DNA of 64,000 nucleotides from an uncultured Gammaproteobacteria bacterium (lineage in GTDB: Bacteria; Pseudomonadota; Gammaproteobacteria; UBA9214), in NCBI GenBank assembly GCA_963748215.1, contig CAVVHS010000003.1, forward strand, positions 96,001 to 160,000, given 5' to 3'. The notes under the pieces were generated by a model. It had not been told where the DNA came from, made no database searches, and saw only the letters and a program-made list of their open reading frames with translations. The translations under genes and the position numbers were made by a program. Positions 28,932 through 39,346 of this stretch are shown piece after piece. Positions within the stretch are counted from its first letter, which is position 1; every line of letters starts with the position of its first letter.

Positions 28932-29471
28932 TCAGGATGCCTTACTGATCCAGTAATCTTTCAGTCCGAGCCTGGTGGCTATATTCGCGGCCTGGACCGT
29001 CGCGGCTTGTCTTGACGGGAATCCCCGGACATAGACTCGCCAGAACTGCCGGCCGTTGTGATCTACACGTTGGTGTGCTGCATCGAATCCGGCAGCCCTG
29101 ATGCGTTCGACCATTTCATTCGCAATGTCAGGCGCTGTGTGTGAAGCAAGGTTTACGTGCCAGTTGACACGTGCTTTCGTGGCGGCGGGCCGGGCAGCAT
29201 CGATTGCATTCGAGGCTGCGAACAGGGTGTCCTTCGGCTTCTCCACGGGTGGCGGCTGAGGATCAGGGTCTGAATCATCCGATTCGGGCAGAGTCTCGTA
29301 TATCCCCGAATCCGCCTCGACATCGATGGTGACAATGTCTGAATCCATGGTATAGCCGGGGCTGCCCTCTTCAGCTGTGTGATGCCGACTCTGGACGATC
29401 ACGGATGCCACGATGGCGACCATCAATAGATAGGAAGCGATAATCCTGGGGCGTTGAGCCGGGGTCGCCAT
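28932..29471 (-). CDS. SPOR domain protein
   Basis: N-terminal TM, acidic/Pro linker, WHVNLAS...FWRVYVRGFPSRQAA. Confidence 0.8.
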   Translation of the reverse strand: MATPAQRPRIIASYLLMVAIVASVIVQSRHHTAEEGSPGYTMDSDIVTIDVEADSGIYETLPESDDSDPDPQPPPVEKPKDTLFAASNAIDAARPAATKARVNWHVNLASHTAPDIANEMVERIRAAGFDAAHQRVDHNGRQFWRVYVRGFPSRQAATVQAANIATRLGLKDYWISKAS

Positions 29472-29602
29472 GGCGTTTTCATATCCTTTGTCAGGCTTGT
29501 TATTGGTTTCATGCGTCCGTCACAGACGTGGGCAGGGCACGGATTCAGCCTAAAGGAATTCCAGCTATGCGTGAATTGTACGGAGGTACGAGGTTTCAAA
29601 GG

Positions 29603-29668
29603 AATCAATGGGGTCAGACTCGATTGATTCGTCAACAAGATGTCTGACTAGTGGAATCTGACTCCATT
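29603..29668. repeat. REP family A doublet (degenerate right arm)
   Basis: aatcaatggggtcagactcgattgattcgtcaacaagatgtctga...tctgactccattg. Confidence 0.85.
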
Positions 29669-29678
29669 GCCAATATGC

Positions 29679-29999
29679 TCAACGCTTCAGGTTCTTCAAT
29701 CGCTTGTTGCCAGGCTTTTCGGGGTGCTGTTCAAAGAACCAGTTATCCAGTGCCTCCTGCTTGCCAGTCTCGTGCTGCTGCTGTGCGGATGCTTCGGTGC
29801 CGCGGCACAGATCCAGGGTTATGGCAAGCGCGCGCTGCCTGCCAGGTTCGGACTGGGCCAGCAGTTCTTCTGTATTCAGGCGGTCAACGATCTGCCTTGA
29901 TAAGGTCTCACAGTCCAGGTCGATGCCCTCGGCAAGCGCGCCATGACTGATGACCGCGAGTACCATGAAAAAATATCCGGACGTCCATATTTTTTTCAT
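29679..29999 (-). CDS. Small secreted hypothetical protein
   Basis: RBS ggag, signal peptide, two Cys, C-terminal KPGNKRLKNLKR. Confidence 0.65.
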   Translation of the reverse strand: MKKIWTSGYFFMVLAVISHGALAEGIDLDCETLSRQIVDRLNTEELLAQSEPGRQRALAITLDLCRGTEASAQQQHETGKQEALDNWFFEQHPEKPGNKRLKNLKR

Positions 30000-30032
30000 A
30001 ACTGCTCCACCTGGAATAAACAATGAATAAAC

Positions 30033-30084
30033 GGGTTCAGAGCACACACATCCTGATATTAGTATAAATTGTGCACTGATCACG
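30033..30084. repeat. Family B doublet
   Basis: gggttcagagcac...cctgatattag...gtgcactgatcac. Confidence 0.7.
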
Positions 30085-30120
30085 TGTTTCGAAAATGTCT
30101 TCAGGCCCTTTTTTATCAGG

Positions 30121-30840
30121 TCAATTCGTCCAGCAGTTCCAATACCATCCTGTGCCAGGTTCCCCAGGGGCTGTCACGAAGCTCGGTGGCAATCCTGAGG
30201 CGTGAAGCGATATTCGTAATACCGGATAAGGGATTGCCCTGTCCGGCGGAAAAAAGTCATCCAGTTCGATGCATTGGTGGCACACGCCAGTCTTGGAGAT
30301 CAGCGTGCAAATCGTACCGTAGTGCGCTGTCATGTAGTGCCTGGCCTCCTGCAGCCAGTTCTTGGCTTGTCCAGGTGACGCGTCGAGTAAATCTGCAACT
30401 TCGTCGCTGGTGAAACCGTGTACTTCCCTGAGCAGCAATGCAGCAGCCTTCTGTTCCGGAAGATTGCGCAATGTACATGCCAGGCAGGCTACAAGATGTT
30501 CACGTGCGATTGCCCTTGTCTCCGGGGTGCTGGCCAGGGCCTTTGACTGTTCGATTAATGCGGGGTTGGCCTCTGCAGCATCGCGTAAATCCAGGATCAT
30601 GTTCTCCCGCCATGTTGAATGTTTTCGCAACTCATCGAACGCCAGATTGGTGGCCACCTTGAATAACCAGGCGCGTATTCCATCGCCTGTTTCGGGCAGG
30701 TGGTCCGATGCTTCGAGGCAGCGCAGATAGGTCGTCTGCAGTAAATCTTCAGCTACCTGGGGCCGGACCACCAGTCGGCAGAGATACGCGTGCAATTCTC
30801 CCCGGATCCTTTCGAAACAGCTTGTCAGTGCATTTTCCAT
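30121..30840 (-). CDS. ECF RNA polymerase sigma factor with Cys-containing C-terminal extension (3' end may be frameshifted)
   Basis: AEDLLQTT, AWLFKVATN, LPEQKAAALLLREVHGF, C..I...GVCHQC. Confidence 0.85.
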   Translation of the reverse strand: MENALTSCFERIRGELHAYLCRLVVRPQVAEDLLQTTYLRCLEASDHLPETGDGIRAWLFKVATNLAFDELRKHSTWRENMILDLRDAAEANPALIEQSKALASTPETRAIAREHLVACLACTLRNLPEQKAAALLLREVHGFTSDEVADLLDASPGQAKNWLQEARHYMTAHYGTICTLISKTGVCHQCIELDDFFPPDRAIPYPVLRISLHASGLPPSFVTAPGEPGTGWYWNCWTN

Positions 30841-30921
30841 CCGTTTTATCGTTCTCAAACGTATTGGTAATGAGGAGCGCGATTTTGCGTAGAAGGGATC
30901 CGCATGGCAAGGGAATCAACA

Positions 30922-30946
30922 AATCAATCGAGCCTGACCCTGTTGA
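30922..30946. repeat. Family A single arm
   Basis: aatcaatcgagcctgaccctgttga. Confidence 0.7.
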
Positions 30947-30967
30947 GGAGGTGGTAAGTGAAAAAAA

Positions 30968-31390
30968 ATGATACTGCGATCACTGGTCGCCGGTTGGGCC
31001 GGGGGATTTGCCGGAAATGCATTGCTTGGCGCATTGTTCTCCAGTACGCGGGTCAGAGAAATTCTCTATAACCCCGAGGTGCAGAGCCAGCTGTTTATCT
31101 CGCTGACCCCGCAGAGAAACATTGCCCTATCGGTTGCCGGTCTGGTCGTTCTGAGCGGGCTGCATGGTGTCCTGTTCGCCATTCTCAGGCCACCGATACC
31201 GGGTGAGTTCTGGATTGGAAAAGGTGTCTGGTGGGGGCTCGCGCTCTGGGTGATGTACTGGCTGGTTCAGGAATGGTTCATTTATATCACGCTGCTTGGC
31301 GAACCCCTGTGCCTGGCAGCTTTCGAACTGGGTATTCTGTTGGTCGGTTCGCTGGTGGAAGGTGTTGTCATTGCCGGGCTGCTGATGTGA
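30968..31390 (+). CDS. Four-TM membrane protein
   Basis: Four hydrophobic segments. Divergent from the ECF sigma gene. Confidence 0.7.
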   Translation: MILRSLVAGWAGGFAGNALLGALFSSTRVREILYNPEVQSQLFISLTPQRNIALSVAGLVVLSGLHGVLFAILRPPIPGEFWIGKGVWWGLALWVMYWLVQEWFIYITLLGEPLCLAAFELGILLVGSLVEGVVIAGLLM

Positions 31391-31415
31391 ATCAATGGAG
31401 TCTGACCCCATTGAT
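31390..31415. repeat. Family A single arm
   Basis: aatcaatggagtctgaccccattgat, starting at the upstream stop codon. Confidence 0.85.
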
Positions 31416-31550
31416 CTGCTTTTTCTGTTTTGTGTCTTGCTGGGTGTGCCGCGTTTCCCGTAGTATGCCTTGGCGGATAAATCCTCCTGGTTCTCCCGCC
31501 TGAACACGCAATGGGTGGTTGTTTCCTTTAGTTATTCTCAGGATAAAGCA

Positions 31551-34301
31551 ATGAAAAAATGGGTCTATGCCTTCACCGAAGGCGATGGTGAAAACAAGAA
31601 ATTATTGGGTGGCAAGGGTGCCAATCTGTGTGAAATGACGCAGATTGGCCTGAACGTACCACCCGGTTTTGTGATCTCCACCGAAGCCTGCCTGTATTAC
31701 CTGGATTCCGCCGACCATGATTTGCCAGCCGAGGTGATGGGGCAGGTCAGGGAACAGATGATGCAACTGGAGCAGTCGACGGGGAAAGGCTTCGGTAATG
31801 CGGAAAACCCGCTTCTGGTTTCGGTCAGGAGTGGCTCGGCACTGTCGATGCCGGGCATGATGGACACGATCCTGAACCTGGGTTTGAACAGCCAGACTTT
31901 ACAGGGAGAGATCGTACAAACCAGAGACGCCCGGTTCGGATATGACGCCTACCGCCGGTTTATCCAGCTTTTTGGCAAGGTCGCGATGGGCATACCGGAT
32001 GATTTGTTCGATGCGGAATTCGAAATGGTCAAACAGGCTGCCCGTGTAACGGAGGATGTTGGTCTCTCCGCCGACAACCTGCATGAAATCTGCGACCGGT
32101 TCCTGCAACTGTTCCAGGCTCACGCCGGGCGTCCATTTCCCGAGGACCCCTACGAGCAACTGGAGCTGTCGATCAAGGCGGTATTCAATTCGTGGATGGG
32201 AAAACGCGCGGTGGATTATCGGCGCGAGTTTCACATTACCCCGGCCATGGCCAATGGCACGGCGGTGAATATCTGCACCATGGTGTTCGGCAATCGCGGC
32301 AATGATTCCGCCACCGGGGTCGCTTTCACGCGCAATCCGGGCACTGGTGAAAACCGCCTGTTCGGCGAATACCTGGTGAATGCCCAGGGCGAGGATGTAG
32401 TTGCCGGCATACGCACGCCAAAGCCCATCGACAAGCTGGACGAGGAAATGCCGGAGATGGCGCGGCAACTGGCCGAGCTACGTAACCGGCTCGAAAGCCA
32501 TTACAGGGAAATCCAGGATTTTGAATTCACCATCGAGCGTGGCACGCTTTATTGCCTGCAAACCCGCAATGGCAAGATGAATGCCACGGCCATGGTGCGC
32601 AGCTCGGTGGAGATGGTTGACGAAGGCCTGATCGACAGGGAGCAGGCCCTGCTGCGCATCAATCCGGATCATCTGGAGCAGATGCTGTATCCGCGGCTGG
32701 ACGGAAATGTACAGGCCCAGCCGGTGGCGCAGGGTCTTCCTGCCTCACCCGGTGCGGCGGTCGGGCAGGTCGTATTTGAAGCCGACCGTGCTGAACACCT
32801 GGGTAAGGTGCTTGGCATCAAGGTCATTCTGGTGAGGGAAGAAACCAAGCCTGAAGACATCCATGGCTTTTTTGCCGCGCAGGGTATTTTAACCAGCCGT
32901 GGCGGCAAAACCTCGCATGCCGCCGTCGTGGCGCGCGGCATGGGCAAGCCTTGTGTGGCAGGCGCCGAGGGCATACATGTCGATGTGCAAAAACGCGAAG
33001 CCTACGTCAGCGGCCAGCTTATCCGTGAAGGCGATATGATCACCATTGACGGTTCCAATGGCAATGTCTATTTCGGCGAGATACCGACCGTGGAACCGGA
33101 GTTTTCCAGCGAACTCAATCAATTGCTGTCATGGGCTGATGACATCGCCTATCTGCGAGTGATGGCAAATGCGGATACGCCGGAAGATGCCGCACGCGCG
33201 TTGAAATTCGGTGCCAGGGGCATCGGCCTGTGCCGTACTGAACGCATGTTCAATGCACTGGATCGCCTGCCTATCGTGATAGAAATGATCGTCGCGGATA
33301 CCACCGAGCAGCGTCAAGAGGCGCTCGATCGCTTGCTGCCGATCCAGCGCTCCGACTTCAGAAAGCTGTTTGAGACCATGTCGCCACTGCCGGTCACCAT
33401 CCGTCTGCTGGATCCGCCTATCCATGAATTTCTGCCCGGCGAGGAACAGCTCAGGGACGATATTGAAAAACTGGAACATCTGAAAAACTCGGTACAGGGG
33501 CTGGAGGTGCTCAGCGGCGCGTTGATGCTGTTGTCGAAGAAAAACAGGAGCGAAGAAAAGATTCCGGAGATGGTCGATGTTTCATTGATCGAGAAAGCCC
33601 TGGAAACGAAGGCGCTGATGCTGCGCAAGGTCCGCGCCCTGACAGAGGTTAACCCGATGCTGGGACACCGCGGTGTGCGTCTGGGTATCACCTACCCCGA
33701 AATCTATCGAATGCAGATCAGGGCAATACTGGAGGCCGAGGCCGAATGCGTTGCCAAGGGGATTGAGGTTCATCCACAAATGATGGTACCGCAGGTATGC
33801 TCGGCGGAAGAGCTGAAATGGGTGCGGGAATACATGGATGAAATCAAGTCCAGTGTGGAGCAACAAAGCGGGCAGAAACTGAACTGCCGCTTTGGCACCA
33901 TGATCGAAGTGGTGCGCGCCTGCATGCGTGCAGACTCGCTGGCCGCTCGGGCAGAATTTTTCTCATTCGGCACCAATGACCTGACCCAGGCCGTCTTCTC
34001 GTTCTCGCGCGAGGATGCCGAGAACAAGTTCCTGCCCATGTACAACCAGAATGCGATTCTCAAGGACAACCCGTTCGAGGTGCTGGATGAAAAAGGCGTT
34101 GGAAAATTGATGCAACTGGCCATGCAATGGGGACGCGAAGTCAAGCCGGATCTTTCCGTCGGTATCTGTGGCGAACATGGGGGGCACCCGGCTTCCATCG
34201 ATTTTTGCCAGCGTGCCGGCCTGAACTATGTTTCCTGTTCAGCACCCCGCGTACCGGTGGCAAGGCTGGCGGCTGCTCATGCATTTCTGAACAATCGCTA
34301 A
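31551..34301 (+). CDS. ppdK: Pyruvate, phosphate dikinase
   Basis: LLGGKGANL, SVRSG..SMPGMMDT, GGKTSHAAVVAR, GIGLCRTE, FSFGTNDLTQ, GICGEHGG. Confidence 0.95.
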   Translation: MKKWVYAFTEGDGENKKLLGGKGANLCEMTQIGLNVPPGFVISTEACLYYLDSADHDLPAEVMGQVREQMMQLEQSTGKGFGNAENPLLVSVRSGSALSMPGMMDTILNLGLNSQTLQGEIVQTRDARFGYDAYRRFIQLFGKVAMGIPDDLFDAEFEMVKQAARVTEDVGLSADNLHEICDRFLQLFQAHAGRPFPEDPYEQLELSIKAVFNSWMGKRAVDYRREFHITPAMANGTAVNICTMVFGNRGNDSATGVAFTRNPGTGENRLFGEYLVNAQGEDVVAGIRTPKPIDKLDEEMPEMARQLAELRNRLESHYREIQDFEFTIERGTLYCLQTRNGKMNATAMVRSSVEMVDEGLIDREQALLRINPDHLEQMLYPRLDGNVQAQPVAQGLPASPGAAVGQVVFEADRAEHLGKVLGIKVILVREETKPEDIHGFFAAQGILTSRGGKTSHAAVVARGMGKPCVAGAEGIHVDVQKREAYVSGQLIREGDMITIDGSNGNVYFGEIPTVEPEFSSELNQLLSWADDIAYLRVMANADTPEDAARALKFGARGIGLCRTERMFNALDRLPIVIEMIVADTTEQRQEALDRLLPIQRSDFRKLFETMSPLPVTIRLLDPPIHEFLPGEEQLRDDIEKLEHLKNSVQGLEVLSGALMLLSKKNRSEEKIPEMVDVSLIEKALETKALMLRKVRALTEVNPMLGHRGVRLGITYPEIYRMQIRAILEAEAECVAKGIEVHPQMMVPQVCSAEELKWVREYMDEIKSSVEQQSGQKLNCRFGTMIEVVRACMRADSLAARAEFFSFGTNDLTQAVFSFSREDAENKFLPMYNQNAILKDNPFEVLDEKGVGKLMQLAMQWGREVKPDLSVGICGEHGGHPASIDFCQRAGLNYVSCSAPRVPVARLAAAHAFLNNR

Positions 34302-34358
34302 GGATGAGGACCGGGGGTCAGATACCGAATAAACGGGTCAGGCTGGACCTCCCACAGA

Positions 34359-34828
34359 TTATAGGATATTAATCCCGGCTTCCTTGACCGACCGGGCGCT
34401 CCCGCGCGGTACGGTGAATTGCAGGCCCTTGTGCTCGAAGCTGCTGCCTGCCTGCAAAACCTCGCCTGCTTTCTCCAGTAAATGGCCCGCGAGGCTGGCG
34501 TAGCGGCCTTTCGTCAATTCGATACCCGGTTCCTCTTCCAGCGCGGACAGTTCCACGCGCGCATTGACCAGCAGGCAGCCGTTATGCTGCCGTCGGATCA
34601 GGCCGTGCTTGGCTCGCCGGCATCATACTCATCCTGTATATCCTTCACGATCTCCTCCAGGATGTCTTCGATGCTGACGATTCCCTCGGCATCGCAAAAT
34701 TCGTCGACCACGACCGTTACCTGTTCACCCTGCCGGCGCATATCCAGCAATATGTCCTGGATGCTCTTGCTGGCAGGCGCATGGCTGGCATTCTTCACAA
34801 GGGCCTGGACCGGCACATCCGCATCCAC
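34359..34828 (-). pseudogene. CBS/CorC-HlyC (hemolysin-family) gene fragment
   Basis: VVVDEFCDAEGIVSIEDILEEIVKDIQDEYD, then YASLAGHLL in a separate ORF. The 5' end stops at a family B half (34844-34872). Confidence 0.7.
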
Positions 34829-34913
34829 CCCGCAAATGAAAGAGTGTCAGAGCACATTTTCTCCTGATATTTCCCAGGTGCACTCACTTTAAGAACAGCG
34901 AGCCACTCCTCCC

Positions 34914-35543
34914 TCAAAACGGCCACAGGCTCCAGCCGCTGTCCAGTTCGTCTTCGCAGCGCGCCAGTTGGGTATGGTAACGCTTGGCGCGGTCGTCCAC
35001 CGTATGCGCGACTTTGATCAGCCAGGGTTTCTTGTTATAGGTCTTGCGTTTGTAGCCGCCCTGTCCTTCGTGATAGGCCAGGTACTGGGTGTAGGCGTCC
35101 CACTTGGAGATGCCCAGCATGCGGTGGCTCATGTTGCCGTACCAGGCGATGAAGTCCACGGCGTCAGCAAAGTCGTCGCGGTCCGCGAAACGGTTACCGG
35201 ATTTCTCACGGTACCAGTCCCAGGTATCGTCCTTGGCCTGGGCATAGCCGTAGGCGGATGACACCCGCCCCCAGGGAATGACCCACAGCAGGTAGTCGCG
35301 CGGTGGCTTGGCGTCATCCACGAATTTCGATTCCTGGTAGATGATGGCAAGCTGTACATGAATCGGCACGCCCCACTGTTCGTAGGCACGCTTGGCGTCT
35401 TTGTACCAGCCACCCTTGTCGTCGAAGATCTCGCAACTGTCGTGGAGATTTTGCGGTGGGCTGGTGGAGCAGGACCACAAGGCCACCACAGCCAGCATTG
35501 CTGCGAGCGGAATGTGGTAAAGCCTGCGGGTGTGTTTGCGCAT
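34914..35543 (-). CDS. Transglycosylase SLT-like lipoprotein
   Basis: Lipobox-like LWSC, IIYQESKF, SSAYGYAQA, YLAYHEG. Confidence 0.85.
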   Translation of the reverse strand: MRKHTRRLYHIPLAAMLAVVALWSCSTSPPQNLHDSCEIFDDKGGWYKDAKRAYEQWGVPIHVQLAIIYQESKFVDDAKPPRDYLLWVIPWGRVSSAYGYAQAKDDTWDWYREKSGNRFADRDDFADAVDFIAWYGNMSHRMLGISKWDAYTQYLAYHEGQGGYKRKTYNKKPWLIKVAHTVDDRAKRYHTQLARCEDELDSGWSLWPF

Positions 35544-35577
35544 GCAGGTGGGACTATATCAAGAAAACATAATAAAT

Positions 35578-35626
35578 GGGTTCAGAGCACAATTTACCCT
35601 AATATTAGGATGTGTGCTCTGAACCC
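35578..35626. repeat. Family B doublet (near-perfect)
   Basis: gggttcagagcaca-attta-ccctaatattagga-tgtgtgctctgaaccc. Confidence 0.85.
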
Positions 35627-35656
35627 AATTACCCACCAAATTACACAGGTGATGAT

Positions 35657-36067
35657 ATGTTTCTAGTGAGCTTGACCTACACCAGTGAAATGACTGGTAG
35701 TATGGATTTCATGGATATTCTTGAGGTTTCACGTGTTAATAATGAAAGGGACGGAATCACAGGCGTATTGTTGTTGTTCAATGATAACGTTGTTCAATGC
35801 CTGGAAGGGTCGCGTGAAGTTGTAAGTAAAACCTATGCAAGAATTGTCGGGGACAAGCGGCATATGAATCCCCTGCTTCTTGATTATCGTATACTTTCCG
35901 CGCGAGCATTTTCGAAATGGTCCATGGGGTATGTGCAGGCATCATCTGTCACCAGGCCGACCCTGTTGAAATACGCCGTCACGGAGAACTTTGAGCCGAG
36001 ATCGTTAAGCGGGGAAAGTTGCTTGGGAATGCTGACTGAGCTGACCCAGGAAGTTGGCATGGTCTGA
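35657..36067 (+). CDS. BLUF domain blue-light sensor protein
   Basis: LTYTS, ILEVSRVNN, ITGVL, QCLEG, DKRH, FSKWSM. Confidence 0.9.
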   Translation: MFLVSLTYTSEMTGSMDFMDILEVSRVNNERDGITGVLLLFNDNVVQCLEGSREVVSKTYARIVGDKRHMNPLLLDYRILSARAFSKWSMGYVQASSVTRPTLLKYAVTENFEPRSLSGESCLGMLTELTQEVGMV

Positions 36068-36303
36068 GTGAATTCCCCTGCATGCCCCCGGCGCTGTGAA
36101 ATAAGCGGGGGTAAAGCACAATTGTCGAAAATATCAGGATAAATTTACCTCTGATCCCGTTTACAATATGCCAGCCTTGCAATCGCAAGCCGGATGGCAG
36201 GTCCGCGCCGGCTGTTCAACTGCACATAAACCCTGACGGGTCTGATTGAGCGAGTGACCTGATACGCAGCCCAATGCTGACCCGGGTAATCGGAGAAATT
36301 GCT

Positions 36304-36714
36304 ATGCCATCAAGAATGTTGCTTCTATCGCTGTTTATATTCAGCGCGAACATACAGGCTTACGGATTTCCAGTAGAAATTATCGAGTTCATCGACAACG
36401 CGAGGATTGTCGCTTCCATCGATGAAGGCGACATCGACGACGCGTTGTACTGGCAGCCATTTGAAGGCGCGCCGCCACTATCGATAGCAGGCGCTCTTGA
36501 AGCCATACAGAAGCACATTGCATCCGATCCGGAAGCAGGCAATGCATCATTGACCGGGATTGAATTAAAGCAGATTCCGCACCATAAGAAACACTGGCAC
36601 TACCTGGTCAAGATGAGAATAGAGGTCGACGGCAAGCCAAAGCCTCGCTATTTCATCGTGCTTATGAACGGCAAGGTAATCACGGGTCTCAGAGAGCCGC
36701 AAATGGTGAAATAA
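36304..36714 (+). CDS. Secreted hypothetical protein
   Basis: RBS ggag and signal peptide. Lies between degenerate family B copies (36107-36158, 36718-36767). Confidence 0.7.
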   Translation: MPSRMLLLSLFIFSANIQAYGFPVEIIEFIDNARIVASIDEGDIDDALYWQPFEGAPPLSIAGALEAIQKHIASDPEAGNASLTGIELKQIPHHKKHWHYLVKMRIEVDGKPKPRYFIVLMNGKVITGLREPQMVK

Positions 36715-36779
36715 AACGGGGCCAGATCGCAATGTACTCTGATATCAGGATGTGTGTGTCATGACCCTAATTGCCTTTG

Positions 36780-37052
36780 CTACTGGTTACTTGAGGTACT
36801 CACTGAACCGTCCGGGTTGGTTCGGCATTCCATCGTTACTATATCAATGCCATTCATGATCTTTATCGTGATTTGATCGCCGGTGACCTTGTCGACACCT
36901 TCATACTGTGTCCCGGGCGGAAGCGAGGCGCGATGCGCCTCGAAGCATTTTAGCCCCGTCATGGGGTCGATAGCAGTGGCAGGTTTTTGTTCTTCGCAGG
37001 CAAAAAGCAGTGTTGCAACGATAGTGAAAACAATTGCGGTGTGGATACGCAT
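36780..37052 (-). CDS. Small lipoprotein
   Basis: Lipobox LFAC. Confidence 0.65.
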   Translation of the reverse strand: MRIHTAIVFTIVATLLFACEEQKPATAIDPMTGLKCFEAHRASLPPGTQYEGVDKVTGDQITIKIMNGIDIVTMECRTNPDGSVSTSSNQ

Positions 37053-37077
37053 GCTCAAGTGCTCCTGTAACGTAAAT

Positions 37078-37128
37078 GGGTTCAGAGCATACACATCCCG
37101 ATATCAGGACAACCCGTGCTCTGACGCC
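37078..37128. repeat. Family B doublet
   Basis: gggttcagagca...cccgatatcagg...tgctctgacgcc. Confidence 0.75.
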
Positions 37129-37135
37129 AATGCCA

Positions 37136-38614
37136 CTACGTCCCGCAGAAGGTCTGCTGAACAACCTCATCCGGTTCCGGCGGTAACCTGTATATATCTT
37201 TCTCTGCCTGTAATTCGTAAGGCTGTTGCAATACCGCATGGAGCTGATGAAACACTGAAAAATCACCATGATCTTCCGCTGCCCGGATGGCGGCTTCTAT
37301 CTGGTGGTTTCTGGGAATATACACGGGGTTGACTGCCCGCATTCCTGCCTGGCGGGTGGTATCAATGCTGCCTTCCTGGTGCAGGCGCGCACGCCATTGC
37401 TGTGCCCAGTGATCGAATTGCTCAGGCTTATCAAACAAGGCGCGTATATCCCTGTCCTGGTCCGCAGGCTCCATTGCCAGCGTTGATAAATAATGAAACG
37501 TCAGCGTGAAGTCTGCGCGATTTGCGGCCAACACATCAAACAGCTCATCGATCAGCGCCTTGTCATCGTCGTGGCGGGTCTGCAGGCCGGTTTTCGCGCG
37601 CATTCCGTCGAGCCAGTAATCCTCGTAGTGCCCGGCATAGTTTTCCAATGCGCCAGTTGCAGTCTCGACAGCAGCCCCGGTGTCGTCAGCCAGCAAGGGC
37701 AGGAGTGATTCTGCCAGGCGCGTCAGGTTCCATAATCCGATGTTCGGCTGGTTGTTATAGGCATAACGCCCGTGGCGATCGATGGAGCTGTAGACCTGGT
37801 TGTGGGCATAATGATCCATGAACGCACAGGGCCCATAGTCAATGGTTTCGCCCGCAATCGACATATTGTCGGTATTCATCACGCCGTGGATAAAACCGAT
37901 CTGCATCCACTGTGCGATCAGAGCCGCCTGCCGGTCGATAATTGCCTCAAGCCAGGCCAGGTAAGGGTTTGCTGCATCGCGACACGCGGGATAGTTGTGT
38001 TCGATAACATAGTCGGCCAGTTTTGTGACGGCGTCCAGATTGCCTCTCGATGAGAAATACTCGAAGGTGCCGACCCGCACAAAGCTTCGGGCCGTGCGGG
38101 TGACTATGCCGCCGGGTAACATTTCCTGCCGGGCGACCCGTTCGCCCGTCGTCACGGCGGCCAGTGCCCGCGTGGTCGGCACGCCGAGTTTTGCCATGGC
38201 CTCGCTGACCAGGTATTCGCGCAGTACCGGCCCCAGCGCGGCACGTCCGTCACCGCCGCGCGAGAAGGCGGTGCGCCCGGACCCCTTCAGGTGTATGTCA
38301 TGGCGAGCGCCGCCCGGGGCGGCAACCTGGCCCAGCAGAAGGGCGCGGCCATCCCCGAGTTGCGGAACGAAGTTCCCGAACTGGTGGCCGGCATAGGCCA
38401 TGGCCAGGGGCTCGGCGCCCGCGGGGACACGGTTGCCGGCGAGGATGGCGGTGCCCTCGGGTGAGTTCAGGCCCGTGTCCGATAGCCCGAGTGCATCGCC
38501 CAGCGCCTGATTGAAAACGATCATTGCCGGATTCGCCACGGGCGAGGGCGGGGACCTCACGTAAAAATCCTCGCCAAGGTTGACGTAGGTATTGTTGAAG
38601 GGTATCGGTTTCAT
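37136..38614 (-). CDS. selO: Protein adenylyltransferase SelO (YdiU)
   Basis: YAGHQFG...LGDGRA, KGSGRT.FSR.GDGRA, HGVMNTDN, IDYGP, C-terminal TFCGT. Confidence 0.95.
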   Translation of the reverse strand: MKPIPFNNTYVNLGEDFYVRSPPSPVANPAMIVFNQALGDALGLSDTGLNSPEGTAILAGNRVPAGAEPLAMAYAGHQFGNFVPQLGDGRALLLGQVAAPGGARHDIHLKGSGRTAFSRGGDGRAALGPVLREYLVSEAMAKLGVPTTRALAAVTTGERVARQEMLPGGIVTRTARSFVRVGTFEYFSSRGNLDAVTKLADYVIEHNYPACRDAANPYLAWLEAIIDRQAALIAQWMQIGFIHGVMNTDNMSIAGETIDYGPCAFMDHYAHNQVYSSIDRHGRYAYNNQPNIGLWNLTRLAESLLPLLADDTGAAVETATGALENYAGHYEDYWLDGMRAKTGLQTRHDDDKALIDELFDVLAANRADFTLTFHYLSTLAMEPADQDRDIRALFDKPEQFDHWAQQWRARLHQEGSIDTTRQAGMRAVNPVYIPRNHQIEAAIRAAEDHGDFSVFHQLHAVLQQPYELQAEKDIYRLPPEPDEVVQQTFCGT

Positions 38615-38623
38615 GATCAATAA

Positions 38624-38733
38624 GGGGCCAGAGCACAATTTTCATTAAGATCAGGAGTCATTGTGCTCTGACCCCGGTTGCCCCGGGCAATTATGGGGAC
38701 CGGACACATTTTCAGCAGAATGTATCCGGTCCC
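38624..38733. repeat. Family B doublet (38624-38675) and family G hairpin (38696-38733)
   Basis: ggggccagagcacaat...attgtgctctgacccc; gggaccggacacatt...aatgtatccggtccc. Confidence 0.8.
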
Positions 38734-38760
38734 TGTAGTGGCTGGCGTCGTTGATCGTGA

Positions 38761-39282
38761 CTAGCCGAAACCCGCAGCCAGCTGTTCGCAGTCTGCTGCC
38801 GCGAAGGTATCCAGCTTCTCGAAAAACGTCTTGTGATCGATGTAGTGGGCACCGTCGCAGGAGAACGTCATGCCGATCATGCCGTTCACGCGATTGATCG
38901 AGCCGTTGCGCAGGTAGATTGTCTGGTCCGTGGTGCGCAGCCGCCTGAACTCCTTCAGGATCGCGGTCGTATCTTCCGCATCGATCACGGGTTGCAGGTG
39001 ATCGATGCTGTTGTCGGGGAACTGGTCCAGGAAACCGTCGGCCAGCACTTCCTCTTTCACGTACACGCGGTACCTGAAGGCGTCATCGGCAAACCAGCAG
39101 GTCAGCTGGCTGGAGGAGTAGTGCATCTTCACATGGAAGGCCCCCTTTTTCGTCAGCAGCGCATGCACGATGTCGTGGATACGGTCGATGTCGCTGTCGA
39201 ACAGGCTTTCGATGCGGGACTGCTGGAACAGGAAGGCCCTGCCTGAGGGGTCGCCTTTGATCTGTAGCCATTTGTACGGCAT
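38761..39282 (-). CDS. Hypothetical protein
   Basis: 173 aa, strong RBS aggagg, host-like codon usage. Confidence 0.8.
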   Translation of the reverse strand: MPYKWLQIKGDPSGRAFLFQQSRIESLFDSDIDRIHDIVHALLTKKGAFHVKMHYSSSQLTCWFADDAFRYRVYVKEEVLADGFLDQFPDNSIDHLQPVIDAEDTTAILKEFRRLRTTDQTIYLRNGSINRVNGMIGMTFSCDGAHYIDHKTFFEKLDTFAAADCEQLAAGFG

Positions 39283-39346
39283 GGTAGACCTCCTTGCAAC
39301 GCGTTGCGGAATGTTCGTGTACTAACGCCGGGCCGGGAACGACAGG

